Shown piece by piece: positions 59,522-64,000 of a stretch of DNA of 64,000 nucleotides. A model generated the notes under the pieces. That model was not told the origin of the DNA, made no database searches, and saw only the letters and a program-made list of their open reading frames with translations. Each line of letters starts with the position of its first letter. Position 1 is the first letter of the stretch. The position numbers were made by a program, and so were the translations under genes. Source of the DNA: an uncultured bacterium. GTDB lineage: Bacteria > Chloroflexota > UBA5177 > JANWHV01. The DNA lies in assembly GCA_963827235.1 (NCBI GenBank), contig CAWHAE010000012.1, positions 160,001 to 224,000 on the forward strand. Reading direction: 5' to 3'.

Positions 59522-62500
59522 GTGAATCTGCGTGTTGGATCCGAGGTCGGGCCTTACAAGATCGAGAGCGTCGTCGGCGCGGGCAGCATTGCCACCGTAT
59601 ACCAGGCACGCCACAGGCTCCACCAGCGGCTCGACGCGCTGAAGGTATTCCACGATACGCTGGCAGCGGATCCGAGCTTTCAGGCGCGCTTCTACTCCGC
59701 GGCAGAGGATCTGGCTCGGCTCAAGCATCCCAACATCGTGCAGCTCTTCGACGTGCAGGCCGTGGACTCCTACTCGCTGGCCCTGGAGTTTGTCTCTGGG
59801 GGAACGCTACACGGCCTCCTCGAGCAATACCCGCAGGGCACGGTCCCCTTGCCGGTCGTGCTCAAGCTGATGACCGAGGCTGCCGAGGCGCTCGAGCACG
59901 CGCACAGGAACGGCGTGGTTCATGGCGAGCTCGATCCAGGGAATATTCTGCTGAGCGCATCCGGAGCCGGTAACGGCAATGCCTACACCGCGAAGCTTGG
60001 CGACTTTGGACTAGCACAGCTCGCGTCGGGAAGCAAAGTGCTGCCAAAGCTGCCTTCACAGGGATCGCTCGCCTATATGGCGCCGGAGCAGTTGGCCGGC
60101 GAGGCGGGTGACTGGCGCGGCGACCTGTTTTCGCTTGGTGCGGTCCTCTATCACCTGATCGTCGGCGAGCCGCTCTTCACGGCGCCCACATGGCGTGCCG
60201 CCAGGGAGGAGCGCCTGCACGCCGAAATCAGGCCACCATCCGATCGACGCGACGGCGTGCCGCCGGCGCTGGATGCCATTACTCTGCGCCTGCTGGCGAA
60301 GCAACCCGACGAGAGATACGCCTCGGCGGATCAGGTCGCCGTGGCACTTCGACGCGCGAGGCTGGAACTGACCAAGCAGAACCGGAGCGCGGCCACGGCC
60401 GAGACCGTGTCGCCCGCGGAGGAGCCGGCGCCGGCAGAGGTCCCGGCAGAGCCCGAACAGGATCTGTTTGCGTCCATGACCGCGAATGGAAGCTGGGAAA
60501 GCAGCATCCCGGTGAGCGCTCCTGAGTGGCAGGCACTGCTGGACGACACGGATGGCGCGGAAGCCCCGGTGCCCGATGGCACGGCGGTGGGTGCAGCATC
60601 CTCCGCGGAGGCGCGCCCGGTTGAGCCGAGCGTCCCTGAGTCGGCGTCCGCACATCCCGGCGACGCCGTCCCTGCCGTGCTGCTTGGCAGGTCGGCGCCC
60701 AGCACTCCGGCTCAGATGTATGCGGGTCTCCATGCGGCCGCTCGCCGGCAGGGCGCGCGTGGCGCGCCGCCGGAAGCGGCCGCGCTCAGGCCGACCCGGC
60801 CGGTCATGCCGGCAAGGCGCCGATCGCGATTCCCCGTCTGGCCCAAGGTGGCGCTGCCCCTAGCGCTCGTGACGGTCGTGCTCCTGCTCATACGGCAGCA
60901 ATTGATGCCCGGCGGTCCGTCCCTCAGCCGGCCGCCGGACGTGTCCTTCGGCGCGCGCCTGATCGGGGCTGCTCCGGTCGCTGAGCGGCAGATTACCTTC
61001 AGCAACAGCGGCGGCGGCTATCTCACCTTCCATCTGAGTACCGCGCCCGCGGGGCAGCGCAGCTTTGCCGTCAAACCACTGGATCGGCAGCAATGCGGCA
61101 TGGCTGCCGGGCAGCAGGCCGGCCGGCTCGCGGCTCACGGCGACTGTACCCTCGTGGTGACCTTCTCTCCTCGTTCCGCCGGCCAGGCCACGGCGAGTCT
61201 GCAGGTGCAAAGCGACGCGGGAAACCGCCTGGTCCACCTGAGCGGCTCCGGCGTCGACGCATCGCCGGCCCGCTACAAAGCTGCGGACCTGGTCGCGCCG
61301 GCGCGCGCGCTGAAGGCCGGCGCCGGCCTCCAGGTTGCCCTGGTCAACACGAGCGTCGCCGATTTGAGCATCGCGGCGTCAATAGCCGGGTCACCCGACT
61401 TCCGCTTGACGTCCGGACACGATCGCTGTGCGATCCTCCGGCAAGGCACGTCGTGCACCCTGGGCGTCGTCTTTGCTCCAAGCGCCAGCGGTTCGCGAAG
61501 CGGGACGCTCGTGCTGGCGGAGGTCTTCTCGCTCAGCGGCCAGCGCACGAGCACGACCGAGCGGCTGGATCTGCGGGGCGAGGGCGTGAGGCTGGAGCCG
61601 GCGACAGGTGCCGGCACCCCGGCGGGCGGTCTCCTCTTTGGCCGCGGTGGCGTGGGCACGAGCAGCACGCGGGCACTCACTCTGACCGTGGCCGGCACTA
61701 CTCGCCTGCCCCGGCTCACCGGCAGCATCACCGGCACCAAGGACTTCACTGTCGGCGCCGTGGCCTGCACCTGGATCGGGGCGCGGAAGGCCGCCTGTAT
61801 CGTGCCTGTGCGCTTCGCTCCCACCTACGATGCGCGTGCCGCCTCTTCCCAGGTCAAGCAGACCGGAATGCTGCGGTTGGCGGATCGCGCGCTGGGATGG
61901 CAGTACGCCGTGGCCCTGGCAGGAGGCGCGGCCTGGCCGGCTGCCACTTACAGTGGATCGCCGGCCATATCCTTTGCGGCGCTTCGCGTGGGCACTGCCT
62001 CGTCTCCGTCGACCATTACCGTTGCCAACTCCGGATCGGCGCCTCTGCGGGTTACCGGCATCACGCCCTCCATTCCGCCCGGCTTCTCGCTGAAGAGCGA
62101 CTGCCTGGGGCGCGACGTGTCGCCGGGCGGGTCGTGCCGCATCTCCGTTGCCTTTGCTCCCCTTCGGGCCGGGCCTGCACGGCTCAGTCTGGTGGTCGAG
62201 ACCAACGATCCCAGTCCTTCCCGGCGTAGCCGAGCATTCACGCTGGGAGGCACCGGCGTGAACGTGCTCGCCGCGCTACCGGCGCTGATCGATCTCGGCA
62301 ACGTGCACCGCAACGCCACTGCCGGACGGGCAGTGAGCTTTACAGTCGCCGGGATTTCCGGCGACGTCGCTCTCGCCCGACAGGCCGGCGGTGATGGCTC
62401 CGACTACCGTGCGGGCGTCAAATGCGGCAAGGCCGACCAGGCGCTCATCCGCCGCTGCGTGCTCACGATTGCCTTCCACTCGCTCTCGCTCGAGCGTGAG

Positions 62501-63532
62501 GGCAAGCAGCAGATTGCCTACTCGCTCTCTGCCCAGGGACTCGTCCTGGTGCGGACTCTCGTGACAGCCACCGCGCTGATGCCGCGCATGGCGGTGGCGC
62601 CGGCCCAGCTACAGTTCTCTCCGGTCTCGGTAGGCCGGCAAGGCACGCCCTACAGCTTGACGGTCAAGAACACGGGCACGGATACGCTGGATGCTCCCAT
62701 GCTGAGCGCCAGCGGCCAGACCGGCCAGTTCGTCGTGAGCAGCACGGCCTGCCGTCATCCGCTTGCGCCGGAGGCATCGTGCTCCATCACGGTGGCGTTC
62801 GCGCCCAAGACACAGGGCACGCACCGGGCGACGCTTACGCTCAAGAGCACGGCGGGCACCGCGCCGGTGGAGGTCGGCCTGGTCGCCGATGCGGTGCTGC
62901 CGACGGCGACGCCGACCCAAACGCGGACTCCGACCATGACGAGCACCCCGACCCAAACGCGGACGCCGACCGTGACGAGCACCCCGACCCAGACGCGGGC
63001 GCCGACCGTCACGCCGACGGCGACGCGGACTGCCACGCGCATCGCCACTGCCGTGCCTTCGCTCACCAGCACTCCGACGCTTACGCCGCGGCTCACCGCG
63101 ACGGCCGTACCGCCGGCAACCCCTCGATCCGTCTCTGCGACGCCATCGGCAACGCGGGGCACCGGCATCGCCCTCCGGCCCACCGCTACGCCGCCACCGC
63201 TCGTCGTGCGCGTGGACCCCAATCCGGCCACGTTTGGGCAGCAGCGCGTCGGCACCGGCAGCGTGCCCATGCTGCTGCAGATCGATAACACGGGCATGTC
63301 GCCGGTCTACCTGGGGCAGGTGACGATCGCCGGCGCCGACGCCGCGGACTTCCGCATCCAGCGCGATCTCTGCAGCTCGAGCACCGTGGCGCTCGCCCAC
63401 AACGTGCCCTGCAGCCTGTACGTCGTGTTCAAGCCCACCGCGATCGGTCGGCGCAGCGCCACGCTCTACGTGCCCGGAGCGCAGCAGCTCATGGGGACCG
63501 TTGTTCTCGAGGGAACGGCAACGGCGCCCTAA
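59522..63532 (+). CDS. Membrane Hanks-type Ser/Thr kinase-like protein (probable pseudokinase) with extracellular ASH/choice-of-anchor-D Ig domains
   Basis: ALK, HPNIV, DFG, YMAPE present but catalytic loop is HGELDPGN; TM helix; repeated ITxxNxG...C...F.P modules. Confidence 0.85.
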   Translation: MNLRVGSEVGPYKIESVVGAGSIATVYQARHRLHQRLDALKVFHDTLAADPSFQARFYSAAEDLARLKHPNIVQLFDVQAVDSYSLALEFVSGGTLHGLLEQYPQGTVPLPVVLKLMTEAAEALEHAHRNGVVHGELDPGNILLSASGAGNGNAYTAKLGDFGLAQLASGSKVLPKLPSQGSLAYMAPEQLAGEAGDWRGDLFSLGAVLYHLIVGEPLFTAPTWRAAREERLHAEIRPPSDRRDGVPPALDAITLRLLAKQPDERYASADQVAVALRRARLELTKQNRSAATAETVSPAEEPAPAEVPAEPEQDLFASMTANGSWESSIPVSAPEWQALLDDTDGAEAPVPDGTAVGAASSAEARPVEPSVPESASAHPGDAVPAVLLGRSAPSTPAQMYAGLHAAARRQGARGAPPEAAALRPTRPVMPARRRSRFPVWPKVALPLALVTVVLLLIRQQLMPGGPSLSRPPDVSFGARLIGAAPVAERQITFSNSGGGYLTFHLSTAPAGQRSFAVKPLDRQQCGMAAGQQAGRLAAHGDCTLVVTFSPRSAGQATASLQVQSDAGNRLVHLSGSGVDASPARYKAADLVAPARALKAGAGLQVALVNTSVADLSIAASIAGSPDFRLTSGHDRCAILRQGTSCTLGVVFAPSASGSRSGTLVLAEVFSLSGQRTSTTERLDLRGEGVRLEPATGAGTPAGGLLFGRGGVGTSSTRALTLTVAGTTRLPRLTGSITGTKDFTVGAVACTWIGARKAACIVPVRFAPTYDARAASSQVKQTGMLRLADRALGWQYAVALAGGAAWPAATYSGSPAISFAALRVGTASSPSTITVANSGSAPLRVTGITPSIPPGFSLKSDCLGRDVSPGGSCRISVAFAPLRAGPARLSLVVETNDPSPSRRSRAFTLGGTGVNVLAALPALIDLGNVHRNATAGRAVSFTVAGISGDVALARQAGGDGSDYRAGVKCGKADQALIRRCVLTIAFHSLSLEREGKQQIAYSLSAQGLVLVRTLVTATALMPRMAVAPAQLQFSPVSVGRQGTPYSLTVKNTGTDTLDAPMLSASGQTGQFVVSSTACRHPLAPEASCSITVAFAPKTQGTHRATLTLKSTAGTAPVEVGLVADAVLPTATPTQTRTPTMTSTPTQTRTPTVTSTPTQTRAPTVTPTATRTATRIATAVPSLTSTPTLTPRLTATAVPPATPRSVSATPSATRGTGIALRPTATPPPLVVRVDPNPATFGQQRVGTGSVPMLLQIDNTGMSPVYLGQVTIAGADAADFRIQRDLCSSSTVALAHNVPCSLYVVFKPTAIGRRSATLYVPGAQQLMGTVVLEGTATAP
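62910..63010 (+). repeat. Tandem 36-bp coding repeat (TPTQTRTPTxTS)
   Basis: CCGACCCA(A/G)ACGCGG recurs three times at 36-bp spacing. Confidence 0.8.
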
Positions 63533-63658
63533 ACCGATTTTGCGCCGGCAGCCACGCGCTTCCTCACCGGTGTGCGTTTCGTGTCAACGGCCCGACATAA
63601 CTGACCGGTAACGCGCTTCGTCGCCATGTCGATGCGCCTGAAGCCCCGCGCTGAAGGG

Positions 63659-64000
63659 CTTAAGATTGCCCACAAATCGGCAGGTACGGCATGGGGTGGT
63701 AGGGTAGAGAGAAAGCGGGAGGTACCGAGCACGGGGAGGCAAGGGACGATGCGGGCGGCGGAGTGGGCGATCGAGGAGTTTGGCGGCGCAGCGCTGGGGG
63801 ATTTGCGGCGGACGGACCGGTTGGTCGAGCTGGCCAGTGTGCTCGGGGAGCGGCCGGCGGCCTCGCTGCCCGAGGCCGGCGGGGATGGGGCACAACTCAA
63901 GGCGGCGTACCGGCTGCTGGAGAACGAGGCGGTGCAGCCAGCGGCGATGCTGGCCAGCCACGTCCAGCAGACGCTGGAGCGTCTGGAGGGGGTCCCGCGG
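63659..64000 (+). mobile_element. IS4-family (IS50/Tn5-like) insertion sequence, left end
   Basis: Putative end CTTAAGATTGCCCACAAAT (63659-63677) aligns with the IS50-type end CTGACTCTTATACACAAGT; transposase follows. Confidence 0.75.
63749..64000 (+). CDS. IS4-family transposase, N-terminal DNA-binding domain (runs off window)
   Basis: WAIEEFGGAALGDLRRTDRLV...SLP...KAAYRLLEN...H; not in the supplied ORF track because it has no stop. Confidence 0.92.
   Translation, partial: MRAAEWAIEEFGGAALGDLRRTDRLVELASVLGERPAASLPEAGGDGAQLKAAYRLLENEAVQPAAMLASHVQQTLERLEGVPR

Overview
High-GC bacterial chromosomal segment, possibly Chloroflexota (inferred from gene content and Thr/Pro-rich secreted proteins; not verified). 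It holds about 45 intact genes: a DesK/DesR-type two-component system with ABC exporter, coaA, fdhA, efflux pumps with TetR/MarR regulators, GH127, a divergent GntR-controlled sugar/polyol catabolic cluster, DNA glycosylases, a Grx-TrxR fusion, MMPL, a YafY/WYL regulator, amidohydrolases, two large secreted/membrane proteins and an IS4-family transposase cut by the right edge. Many short gene remnants lie between intact genes. No rRNA, tRNA or CRISPR array was seen. Main unannotated signals: (1) a candidate ~147-nt transcript (49606-49460, minus strand) with its own -10 box and intrinsic terminator, divergent from the WYL gene, with one of two repeated palindromic operators where its -35 should be; (2) a GntR regulon readable from sequence, with three sigma70 promoters each followed by a TGTAAT(T/G)ACA operator; (3) a 100-bp MITE with a 5-bp target duplication inserted into a hairpin; (4) a probable membrane pseudokinase; (5) an unusual DUF4180 fusion. 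Family assignments come from motif recognition, not database searches.
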